Source of the DNA: Octopus sinensis
Taxonomy: Eukaryota
DNA: 64,000 nucleotides
Assembly: GCF_006345805.1 (NCBI RefSeq)
Contig: NW_021833283.1
Span: forward strand, 1-64,000
Direction: 5' to 3'
Both the position numbers and the translations under genes were made by a program. The notes below the pieces were generated by a model, which searched no databases, was not told the DNA's origin, and saw nothing but the letters and a program-made list of their open reading frames with translations. Shown piece by piece: positions 1-13,796 of the stretch. The number at the start of each line of letters is the position of its first letter. Positions within the stretch are counted from its first letter, which is position 1.

Positions 1-322
1 CGTTATATTCTAATTCATTAATTCATTAATATACGTCTCTCATTGAACTATTTCTCTTTTCTCAGTTTCTCCAGCTACGATAATGAAACGGATTCTTATT
101 TATTAATAACTTTAATATCTCCAAGATGACCTTGGCACATTTTATTTCCAAACCAAATAACATCACTGTTTCCCATAGAATTCGCGTACCATAAATGCAA
201 GAATTTCAAGTATTTCATGTATACATGGTTGATCATAATCCATTGTTATTTTAATCTGTATGCAACAGGGTTATAGTTTTCGACTCAGTTGGTGATATTG
301 TTTAGCCCCAGTTCAGCTGTTA

Positions 323-2643
323 CACTGGACAACAAGGATTTTGCTACTGGCATAAAAGCATGTGTTTTAGACTAAATCGAGGATGCTGATTCCCAATCCG
401 CACTCAGAATTGTTCTAGCACGGCTGGATCTTGAGCTATATGCATGTGCAAGATTTATAACTATGCTTTCGGTTAGATATAGGCCACATTATAAAATTTG
501 CTAAAATGAAAGCGATCTTAATTCAAAATTAAAGAAATAACTGCAATAAAACAAACAATAAGAAAGTTCATTATTTAGTTTAGCTTAGATGGCTCTGATG
601 TCTTGTGTGCAATGCCAAATACGTCAGTTTGTTCTTGTAACTCTCGGTCTGCGCTGCTGTCACGTGTTGTATGCGTATCTCTCGCTCTGTGTGATTACTG
701 TTTTATCTGTGTTTATTGTGTTAGATCATGAATAGGAGAAGCTGTGTAAATCACCCAGGCAATTTATATTATGTCTGTGGAAAGTGTGCTCCACGTGACC
801 AGCGGAAGAAAATTGCCAACAAATTAAAAACCGCTTATACATATATATACATATATGCGTGTGTTTGTACGAAACAATTCCACTTTTCCTCTATCTCTTT
901 CCACAGCCAGCTATTTGGGTGTAAAGTTGAGGACCAAGACAACAGGTGGGCACATCATAAATGCTACCCCGGGTATTACTTAGGGTTTACATAGTGGCTG
1001 AATGGAAAACAGAAAGTAATGCCTTTTGCTGTACCAATGGTATGACGTGAGCCAGCCAATCATGTCTCTGAGTGTTATTTCTGCATGACTAATATTAGTG
1101 GTTTCTCGAAGAAGAGCAAAGCAAAAATTGTGTATGCAGATTGTAAGTCGGCTCTAAAACCGGTCCCACATGACTTCGAGAACACTGTCGCTGTTCCCCT
1201 CTCACATATTTCACTTGAAAACTTGACACGGCGCACGATGAACCCCCTGATTCTCCCCCAAGCATTGTCCAAAGGGAGAGAAGTTTTTGGGATCCAAATC
1301 ACAACAACGGACCTATACAAGAACGGAATCTCCAACAGCAAGGTACGAAAATTTCCATTTTCCGTTCTCGCCATAAAGGTTTGTCCGTCTTTTTGAAGCA
1401 AGAACATAATGCTTGTTTCTGTACTGACGTTAATGCACTCATGTAGGACACGTGCATGTGGTTAACGAATGAAGATTGTTCATAGACCCGAGTAAGCTTT
1501 GCCTCAAAGCTGTGTTGTCACATAACGGTTATGGAAAAACCTTCCATTCATGTGGTTGTTTTCGGTATGGAAGCAACTTATGGATCGAGGGAACTCATTC
1601 TGAAAAGGAGTTAATCACTCAGTACATAAGTGGAATATCTGTCTGTGGTGATTTAAAGGTGATTTCCCTCCTCCTAGGACTGCAGCTGGGATATAGCAAA
1701 ACTATGTGCTTCTTGTGTGTTTGGAGCAACCCCTACGACATCAATCATTACCCTGGAAAGATCTCCCTTCCACCCCTTCACATCAAACGTGGCCTCAGGA
1801 AAAACTTTGTAGAAGCAATGACATACAATGGTGGTGGTTTCTAGTACTTAAAAGTAAAATTTGGTGTAGAGAAAAGTGACGGAAAACTGAAAGCAGGCAT
1901 TTTCAGTGGACCCAATATCAGAGAATTGATATCTGATAGCAAATTTAGAGGTAAACGGAATCCACTTGAACGGATGTATGCGATTCATTCGTGTTAGTGG
2001 CACAGAAATTTCCTGGAAATCACAGTGCTGAAAACTATGCTGATTTACTTAAACAACATGCTAACAGCGTATGAAAGAATGGGTTGCCAAATGTCCCTTA
2101 AAATGCACTTCTTGCATTCTGACCGATTTTTTCCAACAAATTGTGCTTCCCTTGGTGATGAGCATGCTGAGAGATATCACCAGGACATATCTGAGATGGA
2201 AATAAGGTATCAAGGCGGATTCAATCCACGCATGGTGGGTGACTACTGCTGGTTCCGACAACGGCAGACCAGCACAACACATAGGCGCAAGAGTAAGTTT
2301 CTCAAACATTTCTGAGATGAGCATATCAAAAATAAACTGAGTATTCCCTTAACATAAATATACTATGTACCGTTATATTATAATACCATTTGCCTTGAAC
2401 ATAAATTTACTATAAACAGTACTAATATATAATTATAATAATTATAAAAATGATTTACCTTGATCTTAACTATTCCTGATTCTAATATAGTATCAAGATA
2501 TAATTATGCGCATAACTCAAAATCCTGACATGCTACAGCAATTCTGAGTTCAGATTCATATTCTGCGTGCTCGATTTAGTTTAGTACAGCACAATTCGTC
2601 TGGGTAGTAGACTATAAATTGTGTTTTGTTATCATCCCATCTG
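323..2643 (+). mobile_element. Degenerate Chapaev3-like (CMC superfamily) DNA transposon
   Basis: Starts TTA|CACTGGACAACAA at 323. Imperfect ~75-bp sub-terminal inverted repeats at 371-445 and 2506-2580. Encloses a broken transposase. The right terminus is eroded (about 2630-2643, followed by TTA). Family assignment is from recalled protein motifs and the CAC terminus/TWA target. Confidence 0.8.
728..2315 (+). pseudogene. Chapaev3-type transposase pseudogene (frameshifts, stops, internal deletion)
   Basis: Collinear motifs across frames: CVNHPGNLYYVCG, FGCKVEDQDNRWAHH, PFAVPMV*REP..H.SECYFC, FIDPSKLCLKAVL.HNG, CGDLKVISLLLGLQLGYSKTMCFLCVW, LPPLHIKRGL.KNFV.AM, KLKAGIFSGP, MSLKMHFLHS, DEHAERYHQDISEME.RYQG, GDYCW. 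Confidence 0.88.
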
Positions 2644-2694
2644 TTATTTATGCTTATGGATTCGACGCTCAGCTTATTTTCAAACAATATATAT

Positions 2695-3031
2695 TGGAAG
2701 CACTCCGTCGGTTACGGCGACGAGGGTTCCGGTTGATCCGATCAACGGAACAGCCTGCTCGTGAAATTAACGTGTAAGTGGCTGAGCACTCCACAGACAC
2801 GTGTACCCTTAACGTAGTTCTCGGGGATTTTCAGCGTGACACAGAGAGTGACAAGGCCGGCCTTTTGAAATACAGGTACACAGAAACAGGAAGTAAGAGT
2901 GAGAGAAAGTAGTGGTGAAAGAGTACAGCAGGGATCACCACCATCCCCTGCCGGAGCCTCATGGAGCTTTAGGTGTTTTCGCTCAATAAACACTCACAAC
3001 GCCCGGTCTGGGAATCGAAACCGCGATCCTA
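2695..3031 (-). mobile_element. SINE family A copy, 5'-truncated
   Basis: Reverse complement of the copies at 48649-49041 and 54368-54707. TSD CAAACAATATA at 2681-2691 and 3032-3042. Confidence 0.9.
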
Positions 3032-3429
3032 CAAACAATATACATACAACTTCACTATATGAAGTATATAACCCTAACCCTTTTTCATACAGGTTTTAAT
3101 ATATACTATGAGGAGAATTCCGTTGCTATTTCTAGTAGATCTCTAGTGAGCAAATGAAAGCACTATCACAGTTTCCATTTGGGTGGGTAATATGAAAATA
3201 CCATCGAGAAAAGGGAAGGAATAATAGTGTCTCCTATTATTCCTTTCTCATACGAATCCCTTGTCTTCTGACAATTTCCTCGTACATCTTTTCCCAACCT
3301 CTTTCAATTTCATGTTTTTCTATTTGAGAACACAAAATGGAGAAACACACAAAGCTCACAACATATCAATGTCACATATATACACCTGAATATTTACAAT
3401 GATGAGTATTACCTTTCCGATATTTCAGT

Positions 3430-3885
3430 TATATTTAGAATACAAAATGTACTGTCTCCGCTTTTCTTTCGAACGTTCAATTTTGGAGAGAATTTTCTGA
3501 TGAAATGCAGTTCCATTGCTTTTCGGTATTGCAGATCGTCCCATGCGCATTTCTAAAAGGGAAAAATTTTGAATTTTCCGTCTCTGCGTATTTCCAGACG
3601 TTTGCTTAATGGAATCTTTTGTCGGATATGTTGCCTGTGGATTCTTGCAAGATGACAGAGGGAATTATTTGTTTCGCCAATGTAATTTTCTTTGAAGTTT
3701 GGGCAGGTAATGCAGTGTATGAAGTTTTGCGCTTTGCAGTTCATATCTGCATTTATTTTCAAAAGGGATCCGCTCTTGAATTTTATATGAGAACCATTTT
3801 CTAAGTATTTGAAATTGATGTTGTTGCATGTTCCACATCTCCTAACTCCACATTCTTTTACTAAGAATTCTAACATTTTCCTCAA
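3430..3885 (-). pseudogene. Penelope-like element GIY-YIG endonuclease remnant
   Basis: Translation CGTCNNI...INADMNCKAQNFIHCITCPNFKENYIGETNNSL...RIHRQHIR...FKIFPF matches the layout of the PLE C-terminus (Cys motif, GIY-like segment, YIGET, HR). Confidence 0.8.
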
Positions 3886-3917
3886 TATTCAATTTCTATA
3901 CAGCACACCTAACACTT

Positions 3918-3959
3918 TATATACATGTATATATATATATATAATATATATATATATAT

Positions 3960-3993
<34 letters not shown>

Positions 3994-4092
3994 ATATGTA
4001 TGTATGTATATATATACACACACACAAACACAAACAGACATATATAATATATATATATTATATATATAAAGACACTCATGTATATATGTATG

Positions 4093-4181
<89 letters not shown>

Positions 4182-4235
4182 ATATATGTGTGTGTATGTA
4201 CATGTGTGCTTACGTTTATGTACATACACACAGAC
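3918..4235. repeat. (TA)n compound microsatellite
   Basis: Read directly. Similar blocks lie at about 15180-15555, 19410-19765, 24780-25390, 25900-26320, 28035-28430, 32400-32600, 41410-41590, 47690-48015, 51600-52040 and 62180-62450. Confidence 0.97.
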
Positions 4236-5842
4236 ACATATAAATGAACTCATAAACTATAGGAAAGAAACATTTCTACAAAATAAAAAGCAACACATTT
4301 GAGAACAACAACAGCAGCAACATCAGTTCCCAACCACAGTCTTTGTTAAACGAAATTGTGTTGAATACTAACAATCATCCATTGTTCCCCGAAATAATTT
4401 CCAGCCAGAAAAGTCTAGATACGACATGTGTTGCTAAACGACATAATTCTCGAAAAATTTCCGCTCAGAAGAAGCTCGCCAGCCTCAGGTAATCTATCGC
4501 AGGTTTGCGAAAGAATATATATGTAACATATATGTGACTGGTTTGAGCCAAACATACCCTCTCTTGTTGTATTCATGGAAGAATTACATAAAAGTGAATG
4601 TACGGTGTGTAATCTTCGTTCGTATAGCGAAGGGTTATGGAACAATGTGTCTTCTCTTTCAAAAAGAAATGTCTAAAGCGCAACTAGTATTTAATATTTG
4701 GGATACATTTAATAATATCTTTGACGCTGGCTCGTGACTGGGAGTCGTTGTCTTGACAAAGTATTGGTGGGCAGTGAGTGGCAACATGATAAGCACTTAT
4801 ATGTAGTCGGGTGCAGTTAGCCACATATGTACATTTTCTCACGACCACGAGAAGAAAAGAACACCGGGATTATATCCTGCAGAGGATGCTGATAAAAAAC
4901 TCTTAAATTCCTCTCCCAAAGCAGAATTCATATACTGTAGACGTAGTAATAAAAGCCATTTAAGAGCTTTCTGCTCGAAATTTGTTTAAAGACAGAATCC
5001 ATAGCAACAAAAACAGAGGTAGCTTGTGGAAATAGCTGTTCATAAGGCTGTCCTGGGTACAACAATGGATCGTAAAAATTGATAGATAAATAAATAAACA
5101 CTCTCGTCTTTGTAGACAGGAAATAACCGAAGTGTTAAGAGATCATCCTTCTATCCTCATCCAAGTGAAAAGACGTTAGTCACATAAACCAACGGGAAGC
5201 TTAAACTCACAAGATTATCTCCACATCTATTTTCATGAATATACGAAAATTGATGTATATACATTTTGACGCCGCTTCACTGCTAAACTTACACCTGGTA
5301 TTAAGCTTGATGAGGATATCTTTTCTGCATTAGTTTATGGAACATAGCCGTTGATTCGAATTCGATCCCACTGCCTAGCATATTCCACGTATGTTTCTCA
5401 TTGTACTCTCGGATACGTTAATGCCCTTCTAGTGGCTTGTGCTAGAATGAGACTCGGCAAAAGCCTGACTGTTGTGTACAATGCATACACACAGACACAT
5501 ACACACTTACACACACACACACACACATACATACACACTCACACACACACACACATACACACTTACACACACACACATACACACACACATACACACTCCT
5601 ATGAGATATTTTAACTGCTAAAACACAAATACACTACTGCTACGGTAAAAGGTGTGAAAATACCCGGTTTGTTTGCCTAAACACTGCTTGCCACTAAAAT
5701 TTCGTTATGGTTGTCTGTCTGTCAGTCTGTGTGCGTTTATGTGTGTCTGTGTGCGTGTGTGCATGTTTATGTGAACGCATGTCTATCTGGGAGAATGCGT
5801 GTATTTAAGCGTTAGAGTTTGTGCATCAATTTCCGTTTACAG

Positions 5843-5934
5843 GTGTAATCTACGTGTTGCACCCTGCTGTCTCAACGTTTACTGAGCCACTTAACGTAAC
5901 GGTCCTTAAAATAAAGGCTAAACTACGCACTGAG
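5843..5934 (+). CDS. Candidate internal exon, cadherin-repeat-like peptide GVIYVLHPAVSTFTEPLNVTVLKIKAKLRTE
   Basis: Acceptor TTTCCGTTTACAG and donor GAG|GTCAGT. 92 bp, open in phase 1->0. Resembles the cadherin 'G.I.V ... L.I.A' strands. No homology search was possible. Confidence 0.4.
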
Positions 5935-6029
5935 GTCAGTATAATTGTTTCATATTTTGGCACTAGGCAAATATATTTTTTAACAGAATGGAGCAGGTTG
6001 AAAGCATTAACTAAATGTTTTACTGGTGG

Positions 6030-6154
6030 CAAATTGATCCCAAATTGATAAGGCAAAGTCGACCTTGGAAGTCTTTGAACTGAGAATGTAAAGTCGGAGG
6101 AGATGCCGCTAAGCATTTTGTCCGGTACTGCTAAGAATTCTGCCAGCTCACCGC
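6030..6154 (-). mobile_element. Old degenerate SINE family C fragment
   Basis: AGGCAAAGTCGACC...TTTGAACT...TTCTGCCAGCTCACCGC matches family C. Other worn copies lie at about 22240-22385, 23860-24015 and 27590-27722. Confidence 0.7.
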
Positions 6155-6277
6155 TCTCACTGCTGTCGGTATAACGAGAGACAGCAGTAAAAGAATGATA
6201 GAATAAAAGAATGGTAGAAAAGAGAACATAGACTCTTTCAGATGGTGAATATATACTTTCTACGTTATCTTTCATAC

Positions 6278-6292
6278 ACACGCACGCACACG

Positions 6293-6379
<87 letters not shown>

Positions 6380-6800
6380 TACGCACGCTCTCTCTCGTTC
6401 TATCTCTCCTTCACTGCATCTCTCACTCTTGTTCTCTCTCTCGTTCTCTCTCTCTCTCTCTGCATCTCTCTCGTTCTCTCTCTCTCACTGCATCTCCCTC
6501 ATTCTCTCTCTCTCACTGCATCTCTCTCTCTCGTTCTCTCTCTATCTCACTGCATCTCTCTCTCTCGTTCTCTCTCTCTCTCACTGCATCTCTCTCTCTC
6601 TCTCGTTCTCTCTCTATCTCGCTGCATCTCTCTCTCTCGTTCTCTCTATTTCATTGCATCTCTCTCCCTCTCACTGCATCTCTCTCTCGTTCTCTCCCTC
6701 TCACTGCATCTCTCTCGCTCTTGTTCTCTCTCTCTCTCCCTCCCGTTCTCTCTCTCAATACATCTCTCTCTCTCTCTCTCTCGTTCTCTGTCTCTCTCTG
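6278..6800. repeat. (CA)n followed by CT-rich minisatellite with unit CACTGCATC(TC)nGTTC(TC)n
   Basis: About a dozen recurrences of CTGCATCTCTC alternate with CGTTCTCTC at roughly 30-bp period. Confidence 0.9.
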
Positions 6801-8414
6801 TAATTTCAATTTTGAAGCAGAAGTATTTTTTATAGCAAACGCAAACGTATCCCCACGACATATCTAAAAGTTAGGAACTTCGCACATTATTATATTAAAC
6901 TAGAGAGTGTTCCAAATAATTTAAATGAGCAACATAACGTTAGCAACATTAAATCAAGCCATGCATTAAAAAATATTCCGATGGCACCATTTTAGATTTG
7001 TAAAAATAGGTTTAATGTCATTAGATCCGACCTTAATAGAAAATATGTACATATTTTATCGATATCTGTGATCAAATTGAAATTCACACTCTCCCCACCA
7101 AATGAATATTACATCATGTTTAAACACAAATACACTCACATGCCACACACATACATTCACACACATACAAGTATACATACATACATACATACATACAAAC
7201 ATACATGCATATATACGTAGGTATATACATAATACATAAATTTAAATAAGAATCATGTTCAGAGCCTAACTAGGTGTGTTATATTTTAATAAGGAAGACT
7301 TGCAAATTAGTTTTCAAGAAAGGGTTTCAAGATACACACGCTCAAATAAGTTAAGTTACTAGCGACAAAATTATTTTGAGCAGTTTTTTACGGTAATATA
7401 TTTGAGTCTACGAGTACTAAATTTTAGATTTGTCATGAACAGTTTGACGAACATGAGTGATTTATTCAAAGTTTTACCGTAAACTCTCGAAAGACCCAGG
7501 GGTATATTCACTCTGGATGGATAGGTTTAGAAGTAAGTAGCTGTAAATTTTGTGGTTATTGCGTTATAGTGTTAAATTTTGCGGTTATAGTGGAGGTAAA
7601 GGTGGTGGTACTGGTAGCAGCAATGGTTGAAACTGATTGTAGAATGTTAGTCCTACATGCTTAGCGGAACGATAAGTAATAACTTTTAAAGTTTAGTCTT
7701 AGTATAAGGAAACATCACCGCCACCACTGGCTACTGTTATGTTACAAAGAACAAAGAGCGATTTTGCTGAAGGGACTTGTTATGTTGAATGTAAAGAATA
7801 CGAGATGGAAATCTCAGTATACATTATAACAAGTATTATTATGAATTTACGAAAGAAATTATAATTACCATTGATACTCTTAGTGTTGCAATTTTGCCTC
7901 TATTATGACTAGCAATACTAAATCATCATCATCGTGGTCACCATCACCAACACCACCACCATTACCAGCACCACCGCTAACACTACCACCACCGTCGCCA
8001 CCACCATCATCAACATCGACATCATCATCATCATCATTATTATTAGTACAAGAAGTAATGATAGTGGTAGTCGCAGCGGTAGTAGTGATGTTATTGTCAT
8101 TGTTATAAATATTTGTTATATTGTGTATAAATGTGACAGAGGGGAAGTGAGCAGATCAATAATTATTTTCCCTATTGTTCAAAAATAAATTTTATCTTCT
8201 TTTCATATTTAAAACCGAAATAACACCCATACTCACTAAGACATAAACGTACGCACACACTTAAACACACATGCACTCACATACACATACACAAACACAG
8301 ACACACACACAAAGACACACATACACCCACCCACACATATATATATATATATATATACATGTGTATGAGCCTGTACGAGAGTGGATGCGCATATATATAC
8401 ACACATATACACAT

Positions 8415-8458
<44 letters not shown>

Positions 8459-9658
8459 ATATGCATACAAACACACGCATATATACCCATATACACATAC
8501 GTACATCTTGGCAAAAAATAAACATCATACGGAAAATCAACAACTAAAAAATATACTCACACAAATCAATAATGAAAAACAAATAAGGGTATACATTGAC
8601 ACACACGCACACACACACGCACGGATGTACGCACACATGCACGCACACCCAAAAACATACAAAAATACACACATTCACACACACACGCATACACTCTAAG
8701 ATAACCCAATAGACAAATCGTACATTAGAAACACATACAGACACGCATGCACCAACCTACACATAAACGTACAAAATATACACAGAAATTAATAACAATA
8801 AAAAAATAAATCTAAATGAATTGAAATAACCATTCAAATAATTTCCCAATCTATTGTTTCGTTGTAATCCAGACAAAAATTATGATTGACCCCTGAAATA
8901 AATTGTTCTATTACTGTCAAATCTTCAAAGCCCAATTGAAAAAAAGTCAAAAAATATTTATATATAAACACAATATTCATAAACAAAATGAAATAATATA
9001 AGCCGAAATAAAAAGCAATAAAAATTAAACCCCCCCACCAAAATAAAACAAAATTAACCACACCATAAATAGAATGAAATAAAATAAAATTGATTTTTGT
9101 GGTTTGTATATTTTGTCTTTTGTCATCCTTCTCTTTCGCTCTCTCTCTCTCTTCCTCCATCGCCGATTCTGTTCTCTCTCCATTTTCTCTCAAACTCACT
9201 CTCTCTTACTCGCTTGCCTTATCAAAATTTCCGGTAACTTTGTTACAGCAAACATTATTTCAATGCTATATCTGTTGCCCATTATATCAGACTACATTTA
9301 TCAAAACTGAAAAAAATATTACAATGTGGCTTTGTGTTGTAGATTTTTTAAAATATTCATGGTAAAATATGAATTGCCCATTTTAAAATTGTATTTATAT
9401 ATGAATATATAAATACATATGTATGGGGCGTGCATATGTGTGTGATTCAGCGTGTATATGTGCGTGCGTAGGTGTATTGGTGTAAGCATATATTCATATG
9501 TATATTAATATCATTAGATTCGTTTAATGTGTAACCACATTTGGAAAAAAAAAGACGAAGTAGTTTTTTTTTTTACTCATTTATATCACTCTTCAGTTTT
9601 ATTTTTAAAAAAAGTATATAAATACAGACAAGCTTAAATATAAGTCTCTCTCTAGCTA

Positions 9659-9697
<39 letters not shown>

Positions 9698-10042
9698 TTA
9701 TGCATTCCTGTTCTTGTATTTCTGGTTAAAATATCTGAAATGTTTGAGTAAATATCAACAGTATGTGAAATTATATTTGAATGTAAAAAATAAATAAGCA
9801 ACCTATTATTTATTTATTCAAACAATGCTATATTTTTGGAAGATAAAAAATGTATCTGTGTGTGCGTATATACATATGTGCGTATGAATGTGTGCGTAAA
9901 CATACATGAATTATTAGCATATATGTATGTAAATATATACAGTACATATACGAACAACGGTATTTGAATGTGAGTGTGCATATATTTAGTTTACTTTTAG
10001 GACGAAGATAATGCCCAATTTATACATTTTTTTGTGTTGCAG

Positions 10043-10168
10043 TACATCGTAGCTGGGTTGTGGCAGCGGTGCGAAGTCATGATTCATGGAAAAACCAGAA
10101 TATTCAGGATATTGAATATTCCACAGACTATAGAATTGATCCAAATGCATGACACTGCCTTTCGCTAA
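10043..10168 (+). CDS. Candidate exon (phase 0 YIVAGLWQRCEVMIHG...R*, or phase 1 HRSWVVAAVRSHDSW...PNA*)
   Basis: Strong acceptor TTTTTTTGTGTTGCAG. Two frames are open to a stop. No convincing GT donor before the stops. Confidence 0.3.
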   Translation, partial: YIVAGLWQRCEVMIHGKTRIFRILNIPQTIELIQMHDTAFR

Positions 10169-10557
10169 AAGACTAGATAGGCAAACTGATATTAAGGGTA
10201 TGATTTACCTATATACTCGCATACGCACACGTACATAACACACAGCACGAATACGCACATATCACCGCCCCCCACCACCACCACACATATATACACAGTA
10301 AATTCCAAGCAGCTGGTTCAGGTATTTTTTTCATGAGGTGATTCATCTTCACACCCTACCATGATAAAAAATCTTGTATTAATTTACATACTTGTCTCAA
10401 TATATGGACCAGAGATATACAACGGTAACAATCTTGGAGACTGTTAACGATTTTGATCCTTGGCTCGTAGTTCGTTTTATATCGTAGTGTAGACCAATGG
10501 TTAAGGCAGAGATTACGAGAAGGTATAGTTGGTCAAGAGTGGCCAAGTAAGATTTGC

Positions 10558-10723
10558 GCAAGGCCTGAAACTTTGGGGGAGGGGGCCAGTCGATTAGATC
10601 GACCCACAAAAGGATGAAAGGCAAAGTTGACATCGGCGGAATTTGAACTCAGAAAGTAAAGACAGACGAAGCACCGCTACGCATTTCGCCCGGCGTGCTC
10701 ACGTTTCTGCCAGCTCGCCGCCT
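10558..10723 (-). mobile_element. SINE family C (tail type 2, internal deletion)
   Basis: Head GGCGGCGAGCTGGCAGAAACG on the minus strand. TSD TAAGATTTGC at 10548-10557 and 10724-10733. Confidence 0.88.
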
Positions 10724-10759
10724 TAAGATTTGCAAGTTCTAACAAGCCCAGAAAACAAG

Positions 10760-13540
10760 AAGGTATTTCCAGATCTGTTCCGAACAGAGAGTGCCGAAAC
10801 GTAAGGCATTGGATTGATGGTGCAAATCATAAAGCCTAGTTGTTACTCAAAGTAGTAATATTAAGATAAGAAATAAGAAAGGAACACAACACAGAGAAAT
10901 CAGTATAACAAGCACCAATTTCCAGAAATAGAATCAGTCACAACTGAATTAGAGGAAGGAAGTCACTTCATATTCGATTAAAGAAACAAGTGAGCAAATG
11001 CATTCCACTTGTTTGTAAAATCCTCATTTATCAACGAAGTGGAGGAAATACTAACTGCTAAAGAATTCACAGATGATGGAGAACGCAAAGAGCAAAACGA
11101 AAGACAAATATAATATATAAATATATATATTTATATATTATATAAATGAAAAATGCTTCCCAAGCAAGCAATAACAAGAAAAGTGGAATAGTCATTTCCA
11201 TCGCTATTCAAGAAACCCACAGAAGACAGATAAATATGGGGTAGGAAGGTTCACATTGGCATAATCAATAACGATGGCCTTTCTCAGAACCCTAATGAAA
11301 TTTTTCCGCAAGACAACAGCGACCATCTCAGAAATACTCTGATACCCCACCTCATATCCATAACCAACAAAATGACTCGAAGGAATTTGAAATGAAATAA
11401 ACAGTCATACAAATAAGTAGCCAGCATTTCACTGATACATCAACATATTGTTGTGGCTGCAGATGAAGACGAAGCAAGTATTGAAATGAAATAAAAAAAA
11501 ATTAGAGGATGAAAGCGTAAAAATTCTATTGATAATTTTATTACTAATAATATATTTTTTATCATCAAAACGTTTCTTGAGGATGTAAGTTACTTCGAAT
11601 CTCAACTCAATCAGAAAATGTTAATGGGCACATTTGGATGTTCGAGGGAATTCAAGAAATGGCTAATGGACTCGATAGAAAAATTAAAATTTATATTTAT
11701 ATTTTTACTCGTGGACGTATCACGAGACATCACCATCAACATTAAAAAAAGCTGAAAATGTATTAAATAATACATTTCAGACAGAGAAAACATAAAAATA
11801 CACAACTATGATATAAGTGCAACGCAAAATTTTAATAATATACACGAAGAGAAAAACAAAGTCAATTTGAAAAACCTAGTGGAATTCTTATCACCAGCAA
11901 CAATAATGGTGCGCATGTACGTATTGTTTCGAATGTAAAAATGCAAACAACGGCAAACTATCTTTTGCTAGTGTTCTGTTAAACAGAAAACTCATGTGAT
12001 AAAATGTCTCTAACCATTAAAAGTTTCACTGCAATTTGTAAAGAGGCCAGACAATTCGCACAGAAGCCAGACAACCCAATGTCTGACAAAGGACCGTACA
12101 AGGAGTAAAGTAGTATCTCCCTGCCTTACAAAAAGTATAATGGTTTTTTTCGTCCTTTTCAAACACATTTTCGAAGCTGTCCTGGTATATATTTTTAGGG
12201 AAATAATCGTCATCTGGTAGGGCAAGTATGTTACTATGAGTGCGAATGACAGAACAGAAGCTGAAACCAAATATTTTCAGCCGGTAAACCTGTTCATAAT
12301 GTGGTTCTACAGTATTTGATAAAAGGTCAACGGTGATGATGTCAATTCCTGGTTAGTACTTACCTTCGAGGAACAATATGGGCAGATGGTAAGCTGAGAT
12401 GATATGTGACCGATTGGAACTACGATGGAGATGCAAACCCTAATGATCATCAAGACCCAAAATACTAGTTCTAATAACACCAAGACCGCAAACCTTACTA
12501 AAATTGTATCTACTAGAGTATTCTGAGAGGAAGACCTTAAAGTTCACTGTGCAAGAAAGACCACCCAACACTTAAATATGTGGAAGTAATAACAGATGTC
12601 AAAGATTTCTGCGCAAATATGTCAACAGATGAAAAGTAGAAAAAATATCGTGGGATTTGTCGATCCCAGAGGGACAACAGGCACAAATCAGGGATCGGTA
12701 AATGACATTATGAAAGGCGGCGAGCTGGCAGAAACGTTAGCACGCCGGGCGAAATGCTTAGCGGTATTTCGTCTGCGTTACGTTGTGAGTTCAAATTCCG
12801 CCGAGGTCGACTTTGCCTTTCATCCTTTCGGGGTCGATAAATTAAGTACCAGTTACGCACTGGCGTCGATGTAATCGACTTAATACCTATGTCTGTCCTT
12901 GTTTGTCCCCTCTGTGTTTAGCCCTTTGTGGGTAATAAAGAAATAGGTAAATGACATTATGAAATTTCCCTTTCCTTATTATCAGGAGTTAGGCACGAGA
13001 CCAAAAAGTCTTCTATCTCAGCCGGACAAAGGCCGATGTGGATAAACATGCCACAATAAAAAATATATATATAATAAACGGAAACCCCAACAAAGATACC
13101 AGAATAAGCTATAAAACATGTGAGATTCATTTACACTTCCTCCACCCCAGAAAGCATCTTCCCACTGAGAAAGACACATATATAACAAAGGAGAACCAAT
13201 ATCACGTGAGGTGGGTCTGGCTCCCGATATAGACGATATGAAATTCACAGGAATTCGCAATAATAAAAGTCTCTAATAAGACTCTTATATAAGTATGCGC
13301 AAAGAATATCCATGGAGAGTATGGATGAAGGAGTGAATGATATGACAATAGCAACAACAACAACGACAGTATAATATTTCAGATTTCAAATAGACTTCGC
13401 AAATTATTATATTTCCAAGATCCAGAGGACGTGGCTTTCTCACTGACACAAGAATACAAGAACTCCTGACGGACGATTTCGGAATCTCAAGCAAGCAACA
13501 ATACAAGAAATTAAACTGCAGGTGTTATCAAGGAAGTGGG
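10760..13540 (+). mobile_element. Highly decayed non-LTR retrotransposon (APE/RT) remnant, interrupted by a SINE
   Basis: A-rich coding-like composition. AIQETHR (APE motif) near 11180-11223 and an LKYV (KYLG-like) segment near 12570. No continuous frame. Confidence 0.35.
12716..12945 (+). mobile_element. SINE family C monomer (tail type 1), young
   Basis: A-box-like TGGCAGAAACG, B box GAGTTCAAATTCC and core GCCTTTCATCCTTTCGGGGTCGATAAATTAAGTACCAG (resembles the Meta-type SINE domain, from memory). Perfect 19-bp TSD GGTAAATGACATTATGAAA at 12697-12715 and 12946-12964. Confidence 0.93.
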
Positions 13541-13796
13541 GTTCTCTGGTTAGCGCAGGTGGAAATATCTATTTTTTATAGAAATAAATTGTTTTACTTA
13601 ATTTTTATTTCAATACACATTTTTCATTTTATAAATATTTAAATGGCTCAGTTATATATCGCATTTACCTCTACCACGATTATGGTGTAATTTATCTGCT
13701 CCTCTCAACATGAATTTGTAAGATCACCATTTTGTGTCTTTGTATTTTCTGCAACTCTCCGAGCCCTTGTGACTATCAAAGAAGTTTTATTATAAA

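Noticed and set aside
4680-5080. Possible RT remnant (KA-F and GCP-G-like words)
   Set aside because: Too decayed to assign. The same applies to 20340-20700, 21300-21700, 22480-22660 and 29480-29900.
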